DNA of 64,000 nucleotides from Alphaproteobacteria bacterium (lineage in GTDB: Bacteria > Pseudomonadota > Alphaproteobacteria > MPNO01 > UBA830): positions 2,400,001-2,464,000 of the forward strand of contig OZ219791.1 in NCBI GenBank assembly GCA_964291215.2, written 5' to 3'. Positions 1 through 10,551 of the stretch are shown in pieces. Position numbers and translations under genes: made by a program. The stretch's first letter is position 1, and each line of letters opens with the position of its first letter. The notes beneath the pieces are model-generated. The model ran no database searches. It saw only the letters and a list, made by a program, of their open reading frames with translations, and had not been told where the DNA came from.

Positions 1-594
1 CTGCGGGCCTTCCAGGTTCCCAACAGAGCCATCCTGTTCGGCGAAGATGCCGACCTCGCAACCGCGACCTCGACCGCATGGGGGCCTTGGCCGAGGAACA
101 GCCCTTCGGGGCGAAAGCCGAATTTCGCCCCCGGCGACCACGGACGCCTTGTCTTGCCGTCGAGGAATCCTGCTTCGGCTGCCACAGTACCTCCTCTATA
201 TTCCCGTCGCCAACCCTGCTTCCCGGATAAGGCTGTCACCGGATCTGAAAGAGCGCGCGCGCTGCGGGCGAGATCGGCAATATTGCCGTTGGACGGAGAT
301 CACCTGCAGGTGCGCAATGCCCACGGTAATTCCCCAGCCTCCCAAAGTCGAGAACACGGTGGTGCGTAGCTCACTGTCGACCGGTGCGTGGGGTCAGACC
401 GGCTTGGAGCGATATCCCGGCGGCGGCAATGGTGCACACGTAAAGAGAAATCGGACGAGTGCCGGAAGCAGCGGTGCCGATGCGCTCGGTACAGAATGGC
501 CGTGCAGACGGGCCGGAGAAGGTCCCGCACGCAAGCAAAATCCGTAGAGATGGACCCCGGCATGTAGCCGACCGCGCTGGATGCAGGGGCTATT

Positions 595-996
595 TCAGGC
601 GAATGTCGTCACACCTTCGGCGGCCGCGGCCTCGTTCAGGCGCCGGTCGAGGCTCGCCAACGCATAGTCCTCGCGAACCGCAAGCGCCAGATAGCTCGCA
701 TCGTAGGCGCTCAACCGATGGGCGCGCGCCAGCGCCATGACTGCACTATCGTCGGTTTCGCCCGGGCAGACGATGGGAAGACGGCGCAGCCGCGCCATGG
801 AAGCGTCGGCGTGGCGTCCGGTGATCCGCCCCCGGCGTTCCGCGCTCAGCAGCAGGTTACGCAACTCGTGCCAGAACACGCCCGGCACCTTCGCCGTCTC
901 CGCGCCCAGCCGGTCCAGCGCAATGTCGGCCGCCGCCGCGTCCTCGTCCGGCAGAACCCAGGCCGCGGCGACCGAAGCGTCGGGAACGAACGCCAT
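595..996 (-). CDS. vapC: VapC-type PIN-domain toxin
   Basis: 133 aa with N-terminal FVPDASV, E in HELRN and LSAYDASYLALA...LASLDRRL PIN motifs; start overlaps the antitoxin stop. Confidence 0.9.
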   Translation of the reverse strand: MAFVPDASVAAAWVLPDEDAAAADIALDRLGAETAKVPGVFWHELRNLLLSAERRGRITGRHADASMARLRRLPIVCPGETDDSAVMALARAHRLSAYDASYLALAVREDYALASLDRRLNEAAAAEGVTTFA

Positions 997-1238
997 CAGA
1001 GCGCGTGTCCCTCGTGACGCCAGGCCAGAATCTCCGCCGTCGTCACCATCTGCTGCTTCGCGCGTTCCCGACGCAGCGTCGCGCTGAGCGTGGCGTGTTC
1101 GTCCTCGCCGGCGATCCGCGTCACATGGGCGACCGGCGTCGTGCCGCGGCAGATCACCAGATCCTCACCCGCCTCCACCGCTGCCAGCAGCGCGGAAAGG
1201 TGGGTCTTGGCCTCCCCGATCTTCACATGCCGCGTCAT
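996..1238 (-). CDS. Phd/YefM-family antitoxin
   Basis: 80 aa with VKIGEAKTHLSALLAAVEAGEDLVICRGTTPVA Phd signature, directly upstream of the PIN toxin. Confidence 0.9.
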   Translation of the reverse strand: MTRHVKIGEAKTHLSALLAAVEAGEDLVICRGTTPVAHVTRIAGEDEHATLSATLRRERAKQQMVTTAEILAWRHEGHAL

Positions 1239-1355
1239 CGCCTTCCCGCTCCTCGCGCTATCCCCACCGAAAAATTCACCTTGGGGGCAAGGATAACGCC
1301 GCCACCGGCTTGATCAAGCACCTGGGCCGATGCTCGGTTCGCCGGGTCTCCGACC

Positions 1356-1564
1356 CAAACGTCCATTGCCGGGCGGGTCGGCCACCCCGTATCATGAAAA
1401 CAGGTGCCAGCCGCGCGGGCGGGACTTCGGGCTTTTACGGGGTTGCCTACCGGTCACGATCCGCAAGACGGGCGCCGCAGATGGCGAGTATCGGACGCCT
1501 CGGGAGCAGTGCTTTGGCGGGGAGGGGTTTTTGTGCGCCCGATCCCCAACCATTTTCACGGCAA
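1356..1564. repeat. 206-bp structured repeat, copy 1 (MITE-like)
   Basis: Near-identical to 11302-11507 and 11508-11711; begins CAAACGTCCATTGCCG and ends TTTTCACGGCAA. Confidence 0.9.
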
Positions 1565-1566
1565 GC

Positions 1567-1908
1567 TCAGCCTTCGGTGTCCGCCTCCGTCCCGTCGAGA
1601 ATCTCGGCCAGCGCGCTTCGCGCGGCTTCGGCGGCGGCTTCGAGGTCGCTCTCTCGGCCCTGGGCTGCAAGTTCCCGGTCCCTGAGCCACGCCAGAAAGT
1701 GCATGCCCCGGAAAGTTCGCCTGATGACCTCGGCCAATTCCGGCGTCAGGCCGCCGCCATGGAGATGGAGATCGTCGGCCGCAGCGCGCGCCGCAGCCCT
1801 GCGCACGAACGAGCCGGGAGTGATTCCGGCCTTCTCGGCGGCCTCGACCACGGCATCCCACTCGTTTTGCGTGAACCGAATCGAGCGCTGGAAGCTCCTG
1901 ATCGCCAT
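1567..1908 (-). CDS. Ribbon-helix-helix relaxosome accessory (MobC-like) protein
   Basis: ATG 1908 with GGAGGT RBS; QRSIRFTQNEWDAVVEAAEKAGITPGSFVRRAA fits the RHH pattern; mobile-element context. Confidence 0.65.
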   Translation of the reverse strand: MAIRSFQRSIRFTQNEWDAVVEAAEKAGITPGSFVRRAAARAAADDLHLHGGGLTPELAEVIRRTFRGMHFLAWLRDRELAAQGRESDLEAAAEAARSALAEILDGTEADTEG

Positions 1909-2099
1909 CGTCACCTCCCATGTTCGAGCCCGAACCTGCGTCGCCGCGTGCTCCGTTGTCGGCCGGTTTCGGGCGGCCACGAAGCTGTTTCCCGGTCCAT
2001 TGGCCTACCTGCCCGTGGGCGGCAATCCCGTGTTTCCTCCGTCCCTGGCCGCAATGCGCACGCAATGTGGACGGTACTCTATGAGCATACATGGCGAAC

Positions 2100-2230
2100 A
2101 CGACTAAAACACATTCAATGATTCCAGAGGTTTATCCGTAACACAAAGCGCACTACAGATTCCCGTCATACTGTAGGCCCTGTTTGTCGCCTTGTGGCAC
2201 CGGGAGGGTTTTACAGGCCACGCATGCGCC
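2100..2230. other. Candidate origin of transfer (oriT)
   Basis: AT-richer non-coding stretch upstream of the RHH gene; inverted repeat CTACAG(2153-2158)/CTGTAG(2171-2176) next to minus-strand TAGTGCGC, which resembles MOBQ-type nic cores. Confidence 0.3.
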
Positions 2231-2692
2231 GACTGCGCCCCTGGCGCGTCGGGTGTATTGAATCTGCGGCTTCGCCGTAGAGACAGAGCCGAACGGTGCA
2301 GCATTCACGATGGGGAAATCGACGCCGGGGAACCCGGCGGAGGGGAGCCGCCGCGGCGTGTGAGCGGACGGCCTCGCCGGCGCGAGCGCGGGCACTGGTG
2401 CGAAGCACCGTGCCGAGCGGACGGGCGGCAGCGCCGGCAGTGCCGTCGACAGTCACGCCGGCGGAAGTGCGGCGGGCGGTGCGCCGGGATCGGCGCGGAC
2501 GGCGATGCACCCGGGCGAAGCATGGTGCAGCGGCGCGTGACGCGGACGCGGAACGCAAGCGCGATCGGCGAAGCCGGAGCACGAGTGCGGCGCGAAGCGC
2601 GCGAGGTTGGCGTTGCCGCGTCATCGATGTGCGAAAGAGGAAACGGACCGTGCCGCCGCCGGAGCGACGACACGGCCCGCGATGCGTTGCGG

Positions 2693-3619
2693 TCAGGCTG
2701 CGACCTTCATCACCGGGATGCCGAGCTGCTTCGCCTTGTCGACGAGGTTTTCGGTGATGCCGGAGCCGGGGAAGGCGATGACGCCCCTGGGCAGGAGGTT
2801 GAGCAGTTCGTCGTTGCGGCGGAAGGGTGCGGCGCGACCGTGGCGGTCCCAGTCGGGCTTGCAGACGACCTGGTGGACGCCGTTGCGCTCTGCCCAGCTT
2901 GCGGCGATCTTCTCGACGCCGGGGCCGCCGCCGTGGACGAGGACGAGGTCGGCATACCTGGCGCGGGCCTGGTCGAGCCTGGCGATCACCGCGGCCGGGT
3001 CGGCGACGTCCTTGCCGCCGGCGATGGCGACGAGGGTGCCCTGCGGCAGGTGCGCCATGGTCGCGCGGTCCTTGCGGGCACGGACGAAGTCGCGGGCGTC
3101 GATGGCGGCGCTGGTGAGCGTGCCGGTCTGGCTGGCGTGGCTGCCGTGCCGGGGCCGCCACATGTCGCCGGTCTCTTCGCGGTAGGCGTGCGCGGCGGTG
3201 TTGCGCATCTTCTCGAAGGCGTCGCGCCGGTCTCCGAGGTTCTGCGCGCGGTCGGTGACGAGCTCCAGGTCGCGGGACCTGATCTCGGTGCCGTCCTGCT
3301 CGCGCTGGAGGTCGCGCAGGTCCGGGCTGAGCCGGTCGACGCTGCGGTCGAGGCGGCGGCTCTGGGCGTGGAGCATGTTGACGAAGCCCCACAGCAGGCT
3401 CTCGCGTTCGTCGGCGAGCTGGGTGCCGTCGGGGCAGGCGCCTTCGGCGAGGATGCGGAAGGCCTCGCCGATTGCGGTCAGCGCATCGTCCTCGTCCCAG
3501 ACCTCGCGGGGGTCGAGCTCGTCGCGCTCGGGGGTGGCGCCGTAGAGGGCGGCGTGTTTGCAGACGGTTGCGGTTGCGGACTGTCCGGCGGTCTCTCGGG
3601 TGTCGGTATCGAAGGTCAT
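2693..3619 (-). CDS. DUF2493 (YspA/SLOG-like) domain protein of conjugative elements
   Basis: LLWGFVN motif in the N-terminal half; C-terminal VAIAGG...LVHGGGPGVEKIAASWA...AAPFRRND...FPGSGITENL SLOG domain; AGGAGA RBS. Confidence 0.85.
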   Translation of the reverse strand: MTFDTDTRETAGQSATATVCKHAALYGATPERDELDPREVWDEDDALTAIGEAFRILAEGACPDGTQLADERESLLWGFVNMLHAQSRRLDRSVDRLSPDLRDLQREQDGTEIRSRDLELVTDRAQNLGDRRDAFEKMRNTAAHAYREETGDMWRPRHGSHASQTGTLTSAAIDARDFVRARKDRATMAHLPQGTLVAIAGGKDVADPAAVIARLDQARARYADLVLVHGGGPGVEKIAASWAERNGVHQVVCKPDWDRHGRAAPFRRNDELLNLLPRGVIAFPGSGITENLVDKAKQLGIPVMKVAA

Positions 3620-4013
3620 GACGATCTCCTTGCGATCGGGTTGCACGTTCGGGGCCGATCCCCGACGTGATGTCCTGTTGGGTCACGCGCGCGCAACGGA
3701 AGCACCTGGGCTTAGAAGCTCTTGGGGCGGAGTGGTGCGGAAGATCGCGTTCGCACCGCCGATGCCAGGCGTGCTCGGCCTCTGACACGCGATCTTCACG
3801 GTCGCCGGCTTTCACGGTCCGCCCCTAGAGCTTCTTGCCCGGGCCGCAGGGAGCGCAGCGACCGGAGGACCCCGAAGGGGTTGCTGGAGAGAGCACGTGT
3901 GGCACAATGGGACAGCACAGCGGGGTGGCGTATTTCTCTGGCCCTGCACGGACCCCATCGGCGGTTCGGCCGGCATGGCGCCGGGAAGGATTTCCGGCCC
4001 TGCCGTCTTTGCG

Positions 4014-4241
4014 TCAGTTCCACAGGGGATGGGAGTCGACCCGCTGCCGGGCGGTCTCGCGGATGCGGGTGCGGTCGTGGAGATACATCGGCCCGCGCGG
4101 GTCCTCGTCGAGATGTATGGCGAACACCCTGCGCCCCGGCCGGATGCTGTCGTCGAAGGCGTGGACGTCTCCGACATGGTCGCCGTCCCGGTAGGTGCGG
4201 GATTCGTCGGGGGCGATGCGGCGGAAGGAGATGGTGCTCAT
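4014..4241 (-). CDS. Small hypothetical protein (75 aa)
   Basis: MSTISFRRIAPDESRTYRDGDHVGDV... with GGAGA RBS; protein-like composition. Confidence 0.6.
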   Translation of the reverse strand: MSTISFRRIAPDESRTYRDGDHVGDVHAFDDSIRPGRRVFAIHLDEDPRGPMYLHDRTRIRETARQRVDSHPLWN

Positions 4242-4422
4242 CGGGTTCTCCGGGTAGCGTGACGGGTGCGCGAGCGGACTCCCTCTCCTCCTCGCGCGGT
4301 TCACCCGCTTTCCAGCCTCGCTCCCACTCCGTATGCGCCGCGGCGAGACTCGAACCTGCCCGCATGAGAAAAGGGCCGACGCACGAGGCGCCGACCCTGT
4401 GGGGAAGGAAGAACGGGAAGCT

Positions 4423-4865
4423 CTAGAACGGGATATAGTCCCCATCCATCGGGTCGCCGCCGGCCGGCACGGGGCCGGCGTCGCTCGTCGCGTCCGGACC
4501 GGGCTGCGCAGCATTGCCGTTCGCCTTGTCGAGGAACTGGACGCGCCCGCCGGGCACGAGCAGGATCTCGGTCGAGAAGCGGTCGCCGTCCTCGCCCAGC
4601 GCCGGGTCTGGAGCTTGCCATCGATGTAGACCAGCCGGCCTTTCGTGGCGTGCCTGGCGAGCATGTCGATCAGCCCGTCCTGGAAGGTCACGACCCGGTG
4701 CCACTCGGTCCTGTCGATCCGCTCGCCGCTGCCGTTCCGGTCGATGTAGCTCTCGTCGGTGGCAACGCTCAGATTGGCGACGCGCCCGCCCGATGCGAGG
4801 TGGTTGATGGTGACGTCCGCGCCGAGGCGGCCGATGATCTGCGCCTTGTTCAGTCCGAAGCTCAT
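4423..4865 (-). pseudogene. ssb: Single-stranded DNA-binding protein, frameshifted near 4598
   Basis: NKAQIIGRLGAD...TEWHRVV...GKLQTRRW in one frame, continuing as DRFSTEI...DGDYIPF (SSB acidic tip) in another. Confidence 0.9.
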
Positions 4866-5345
4866 TGCGATACTCCTTCAGGTTCGCGTTGATGACGATG
4901 GGTTGCGAACGACCGGGGCCGGGGTCACTCCCCCGAACCCTCGCCCGTTCAATCTCTTCAGGCCCTCCTCTACCCCTGACCGCCCGGAGAGAACGACGAC
5001 GCCGGTTCCGGGAAGAGGCTTGCGAAGCCGTGCACCGGACAGGCCGCGCCCCTGTCGGGGCAGCGGATGGCGCGCTCGTCCTCGGCGATCTCGCGGACGG
5101 TGCGACGCCGAGTTCGGCGAGCAGGTCGCAGCCGAGCGGAAGGTCGAGGGACATGTCGGGATGGAACATGGGCGGAAACTCCTCTGCCGTTGCCCTGCCC
5201 GGTATCGGCGGGGAGTTCCTCTCCTCCGCCCTGCCGGACACTCGCCCGGCAGGCGCTTCACTCCTCTCCACGACACAGGGACGGCGCGGCGGATCGCGGC
5301 CAGGCGAACGCCGCCATCGCCGCCATCGCCGCCCGGGACAGGATG

Positions 5346-6328
5346 TCAGGTCCAGGCGGTGAAGGAGGCGGTGACGGGGGCGTCGGCGACGATCTCGACG
5401 CGGTTGCGGTCGAGCTTCCCGAAGGCGAGGCAGAGGGCGACATCGGCCGGATCGTCGAACGGACCGTGCTCGCGGCCGGTCTCCAGTTCGATCACGGTCC
5501 AGACCGGCTCGTGGACCGGGATGCCCCTGAAATGCGCCGAGCCTTGATACGACCTCTCGGCACAGGGCGCACAGCGCGCCGCCCCCTGTGACGGCGCCCC
5601 GCAGGCCGTGCACAGGCCGGCGGCCCGGCGCCGGGCGTACAACTGCCGGGAGCGCGCGTTCTTGCGCTCCGGGTTGTGGCTGGCCTCCTCGATGGCGGCG
5701 CAGGGGCCGCAGCGCGAGAGGCCGTCGAAGGCCGGCTGCCCGCAGCGTGTGCAGCGGCCCCCGGTCCTGCGTTCGTCATATTGCCGCCGTTCCGCCGCCT
5801 GCCTCCTGTCCCGGCAGGGCTGGCAGGTGGTTCCGCACTCGACGGGGGGACGCTTGCCGCAGCGGATGCAGAGGCCGGCCCCGGCCCTTGCCTTCTGGCG
5901 GCGCCTGCTCTTGAGGCGGGCGGCCTTGCGTTTCGCCTCCGCATTGGCGCCGCCATAGGGCAGCCCGGCGGCCTTGCCGGCGGCGTAGCGGGCGCGGTCG
6001 TCGGCGCGACGTTTCTCCAGGCACGGCTCGCACGACGCGCGGCCCTCCACGGCCGGCGCCTGGCCGCAGCGAATACAGAGGCCTTTGGCGGCCCTTTGTT
6101 CCCTCTTGCTGCGGGTGCGCTGGCGCTCGGACTGCCGGACGGTTTCGGGGTCTCTTCGCGGCATGCCCGCGGCGCGCAGACGGGCATCGCGGGCGCGGCC
6201 GGCGCGGCTGCGTTTCGCGGCGCACCCGGCGCGGGCGGGACCTTGCCGCAGCGGGGACACAGGCCTTGGGCGATACGCTCGCGGTCGCGGGCCTTGCGGA
6301 CTTCCGGGTCCCGGCAAGCCATGGCCAT
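5346..6328 (-). pseudogene. Cys-rich tandem zinc-ribbon-like repeat protein, frameshift near 6225
   Basis: Five GxCxxCG-x(7-10)-CxxC units separated by Arg-rich helices; ATG 6328 with GAGGAGA RBS; first unit damaged. Confidence 0.7.
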
Positions 6329-6408
6329 TCTCCTCGTCGATGATGCGGGGTCGGGCGGGAGACGCCCGGCCGGCGGCGGGCCGGCCGGACGTCCGGCGAG
6401 GCGGGCGG

Positions 6409-6683
6409 TCAGCCGCGCTGGCGGCGGTCGATGCCGAAGCCCATGGCGTGGACGCCCCAGTACTGCACCCCGCCGCGGGAGCGCAGGCCGGTACACACGA
6501 TGATCTCGTTGCGCGCCGGGCGCCCTTCGGGGCGGTGTCGTCATGGCAACAGCGAATGTCGCCGTCCACCATGGCGCGAAAGCGTTCGACGGCGTAGCGT
6601 TCGCCGTCTTTCAGGCCGCCGTTGAAGAAGTGGATGAGGAAGGTTGTGTCCGTGTTCCCGGGCCTCGGGATTGCGGATGTCAT
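6409..6683 (-). pseudogene. Unknown small protein, paralog A (internal deletion)
   Basis: PGNTDTTFLIHFF...VERFRAMVDGDIR then EIIVCTGLRSRGG...QRG* in a shifted frame; colinear with 7363-7692. Confidence 0.65.
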
Positions 6684-6867
6684 GGGGAGCGCCTCCGTCG
6701 TGTCGGGACTTCAGGACGGCGGCGGAGACCCTCTCCCGGACCCTCCCCCGCCCGCCGCCCCGCTCACGGCCACACCCGGCCTCCCGGCGGTGCGCCGCGT
6801 GCGGACGCCAGCGGCTTCAACCGCACCGCACAATCCGGCCACGCGCCGCCTCGGAGACCGGACCCCC

Positions 6868-7330
6868 GCCCTGCCCATTGCCCACAAATGCCGTCTGGCT
6901 AGCTGATGTGTTGCCGCACGGCGCTGTCGTCCTCGGCACCTACACACTATGGCCAAGCATCCACGCCGTGAACGACAACGCAGCCTGGCCGTTCCAGGTG
7001 ATCTCCGCGCCGGGCGGGCCGTCGTTGCTGCGGTTCAGGTATCCGCCCATCGCCGCCACGAGGCGGAATGCCTGCCCGAGATCCTCGGGCGGCGGCAGCT
7101 TGCGAACGTGTGCGAAGTCCTTCAGCAGCGCCAGGTCGGTGAACGCGGTCGTGGACGGAAGCTCCGGTTCCGTTCGCGCCAGGTGGGTGAGGGCGGCGAT
7201 GCGCCAGGCGATCACCGCGTTGATGGCCACGGCCCGTTCGATGCGCGCCCCGGCGCGACCGTCTCCACCTTGCACTTGAGGATCCTGTGCCAGTCCTCGA
7301 TCCGCCACCTCAACCCGCCGCACTACCTCG
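6868..7330 (-). mobile_element. IS4-family (IS50/Tn5-like) transposase C-terminal remnant with right end
   Basis: WRIEDWHRILK (YREK-like), VIAWRI and MGGYLNRSNDGPPG motifs; end sequence GTGGGCAATGGGCAGGG. Confidence 0.8.
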
Positions 7331-7362
7331 CGGGCCTGGTGCAGGCTCCCTCGGGAAAGCGC

Positions 7363-7692
7363 TCAGCCGCGCTGCTTGCGGTCACACAGGAGGCCCGCCG
7401 CAACCGAACCCCAGGCCTGTTTCCCCCCGCGGGTGCGAAGGCCGGTGCACACGATGATCTCGGTGCGCTCCGGGCGCATTGCCTCGGCTTCCTTGCGCGA
7501 GACCACGGTGCGCCTGACCTTGCGCCGTCCCTTCGCGTTCTCCTCGCCGTCCCGGACCGGACGAATGTCGCCGCAGGCCAGGGCGCGGAACCGCTCGACC
7601 ACGAAGCGGTCGTCGCCGTCGAGGCCGCCGAAATAGTGGACCAGGAACGTGCTCGCCGTATTGCCGGGCATCGCCATCCTTGCTGCCGTCAT
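7363..7692 (-). CDS. Unknown small protein, paralog B (109 aa)
   Basis: PGNTASTFLVHYF...VERFRALACGDIR...EIIVCTGLRTRGG...QRG*; homologous to paralog A. Confidence 0.7.
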   Translation of the reverse strand: MTAARMAMPGNTASTFLVHYFGGLDGDDRFVVERFRALACGDIRPVRDGEENAKGRRKVRRTVVSRKEAEAMRPERTEIIVCTGLRTRGGKQAWGSVAAGLLCDRKQRG

Positions 7693-8398
7693 GCTGCCGT
7701 CTCCATCGTGCCGTGGTGGAACCCGGCGGCAGCGCCCCGCCCTCCGGTGCGCCGACCGCCGCCCCGCTCACGGCCAGACCTTCCCTCCTGTCGGCGCGGA
7801 GCGGGGGAGGCGGTGTTCCCGACGGCGGGCGGCGGGCCGGCGGCACGGGTGACCGGTAGCTGGAGAGCACCCCGGCCATGGCCACACCGGCACGTTCGGG
7901 CTGTAATCGACCGGCGCACACGCGGCGCGCCAACGATGACAGGAAGGACCGCGAAGATGGGACAATGCGCGGTAAGGACGGCACGCTCAGGCGGCGGAAC
8001 GGGAAAGCGCGGCGGGAGCCTCGACCGTTTGCTCCGCCATCTCGACGACGCGGACCAGTCAGGGAGGCGCGGCAGTCTCGTCGCACTTGTCGTTGTGGAA
8101 GAAGTCCACGCAGATGCTGGCAGCGACCCGCGCCGCGCCCGCCTTGATCGAACCGTGCGCATGGCGCGCGATCATGTCGATCCTGGCGTGACCCTGCAGC
8201 CTGGAGGAGACGGCAACACATGGCGGCCCGGTTGGCGGCGATCAGATCCAGGCACGTAACTACTTGCCCCTTGGTTTCGGCTTGCTTTGGTCGTTATTTC
8301 CCGAGCACCTTCCCGAGCGGGCCACGGTTTCGTGACAGCGGGTTGACACCGCAGACCGCCCCGGCTACGTAGGTCCGTCGTTTCAGACGGGGCTTCGG

Positions 8399-9053
8399 TT
8401 GGGATATTTCGGATCAAAGGCGACGAACGGTCTTTGCCAGATGCTTCTGGGCCTCCAGCCTCCGCATTGTGCCTATGTCGAAACGCACTTGGGAGGCGGG
8501 GCTCTGATGAAGCGCAAGGCCGCTGCGGCGCGCAGCATCGGGATCGACCGCGACCGGCGTGTGCTTGACGGGTTCGAGTGCGGCTACCCTGTGGAGCTTG
8601 TTCACGGCTGCGCCCACGCGTTTCTGGCCGGCTTCCCGTTCCAGGGCGCGGACCTGGTCTACAGCGACCCATCTGCGCGCGACCCGCCGATCGCGACGGC
8701 GGTACCGCCACGACTACACCGAGGCCGACCATGTCGCTCTCCTCGACCTGCTCAAGGTCCTGCCGTGCCAGGTGATGGTCTCGGGACACCCCTCGGCGCT
8801 GTATGACGACATGCTGCGGGACTGGCGCCGGATCGCGCTTCAGGTGACGACCCGGGGCTAGGTCCGCACCGAGATGGTCTGGTTCAACTTCGCGCCCGAC
8901 CGGATGCACTGGGCCGGCCATGCCGGGCGGGACAGGACCGACCGCCAGCGCATCAAGCGCAAGGCCGCCCGCTGGGCGGAGGGCTACAAGAAGATGCCGC
9001 CGGGCGAGCGCCTCGCGGTGGTCTCTGCGATCATGGCGGCGGAGGCGGAGTGA
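8399..9053 (+). pseudogene. D12-class N6-adenine DNA methyltransferase (disrupted)
   Basis: GYFGSK, YVETHLGGGA (SAM motif), IGID, LVYSDP[PY] with the catalytic motif partly deleted near 8670, VMVSG, RTEMVWFNF; further break near 8860; TGA overlaps the transposase ATG. Confidence 0.85.
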
Positions 9054-10488
9054 TGCCGACGGTGAACGGGGCATCGCTGCGCGCGGAACTCGATGACGCG
9101 AAGGCCCGGATCACCACGCTGCGCGCGGACGGCAAGGTGTCCGAAGAGGTCGACGCCGTGATCGGGGTCCTGCTGCCGGGCATCCTGGTGGCGGTGTTCC
9201 TCGAGAAGGCCACGCCGAAGACCTCGCGCAACTCCGGCCTCCCGCCGTCGCAGACGGACCAGACCGCGCGGCGCGCCGGCAAAGGCTCCCGCGGCAAGGG
9301 ACCGAAGGCGAGGGAGACGGCATCGGGCAACCTGCGCACGGTCACCGTCATCGGATCCAGCCCGGTCACCGAGTGCCGGCAATGCGGCCATGACCTGTCC
9401 GCAACCGTGTGCGCCGGACACGAGGAGCGTGTCGAGATCGACATCGTCTTCGAGACCGTCGAGCGCCGGGTCGAGGCCGAGATCAAGGACTGCCCGCGCT
9501 GCCGCGCCCGGAACAAGGGCGCGTTCCCCGACACCATGCCGGGGCCGCTCCAGTATGGACCCGGCATCGTTGCCTATGCCGTGCACCTGCTCTGCGCGCA
9601 GATGGTCCCGCTCAAGCGCACCGCAGCCATGATCCGGGCGATGACCGGACGGCTGCTCTCCGAGGCCACGCTTCTCGGCTTCGTCTCGCGCCTGCATCAG
9701 GCGCTGGAACCATGGGAGGCCGCCGCGACCGGGAAGCTCCTCGCCATGCCCGTGCTGAACGTCGACGAAACCTCGCTGCGGGTGGACGGAAAGAACCACT
9801 GGATCCACGTCTGCTCCGGCGGACAGGTCACCGTCAAGCGGCTGCACCGCAAGCGCGGATGCGAGGCCATCGACGACATCGGCATCATCCCACGCTACCC
9901 AGGCGTCATCGTCCACGACTGCTGGAACTCACCTACGCACACTGCAAGCATCAGCTGTGCGGCGCCCATCTGTTGCGCGAGCTTCAGGCCGTGACCGACA
10001 GCAACGGCTGGCCGTGGGCGCAGAGAATGCGCAGGCTTATCGCGCGCCGGCAGGTCATGCGACGGCCGGACAGGCGCCTCTCCATGCGCCAGTACAGGCG
10101 AATCGCACGATGCTACAGGGAGATCCTGGAGCAGGGCCGAAAGGAAATGCCCGAGATCCCGAAAAGAGAAAAAGGCCGCCGGGGACCGGTCGCCAAGTCC
10201 GATGCCCACAACCTTCTCGAACGCCTCGCCGCCCAGAGACGGAACGTCCTGCGCTTCTCAAGGCGGGCCGACACACCGTTCTTCAACAATCGCGCTGAAC
10301 GAGACTTCCGGATGGCCAAGGTCAAGCAGAAGGTCTCCGGCTGCTTCCGAACCATCGCCTGCGCAAACGCCTGGTGCCGCATATCAAGCTACATCCGGAA
10401 AATGGCGGCACTCGGATACAACCCGCTCGTCGCCATTAACATCGCACTGCAGGAAAAGGCCGTCGAATGTCTCAATCAACTCGAATGA
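9053..10488 (+). pseudogene. tnpC: IS66 (ISBst12-like single-ORF) DDE transposase, frameshift near 9925
   Basis: TSRNSGLPPS, CxxC zinc finger, YGPGI, VDETSLRV, VHDCW, HQLCGAHLLREL, FNNRAERDFRMAKVKQKVSGCFR. Confidence 0.92.
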
Positions 10489-10551
10489 TATCGGGGCAAG
10501 TAGTTACCCAGGCACTTGATATTCGTAGGCCATTGGCCTATATGTGCAGGG

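Larger units (their letters stand above)
8256..10507 (+). mobile_element. IS66-family element carrying a DNA methyltransferase
   Basis: Perfect 15-bp TIR GTAACTACTTGCCCC (8256-8270 / 10493-10507); 8-bp TSD CCAGGCAC (8248-8255 / 10508-10515). Confidence 0.92.

Noticed and set aside
47-547. 166-aa ORF at the window start
   Set aside because: No recognisable motif, RBS or typical codon pattern; cannot be supported.
2192-3815. Long ORFs 2192-3670 (+) and 2211-3815 (-)
   Set aside because: Shadow and alternative frames of the DUF2493 gene, typical of high-GC DNA; Arg/Gly/Pro-rich with no motifs.
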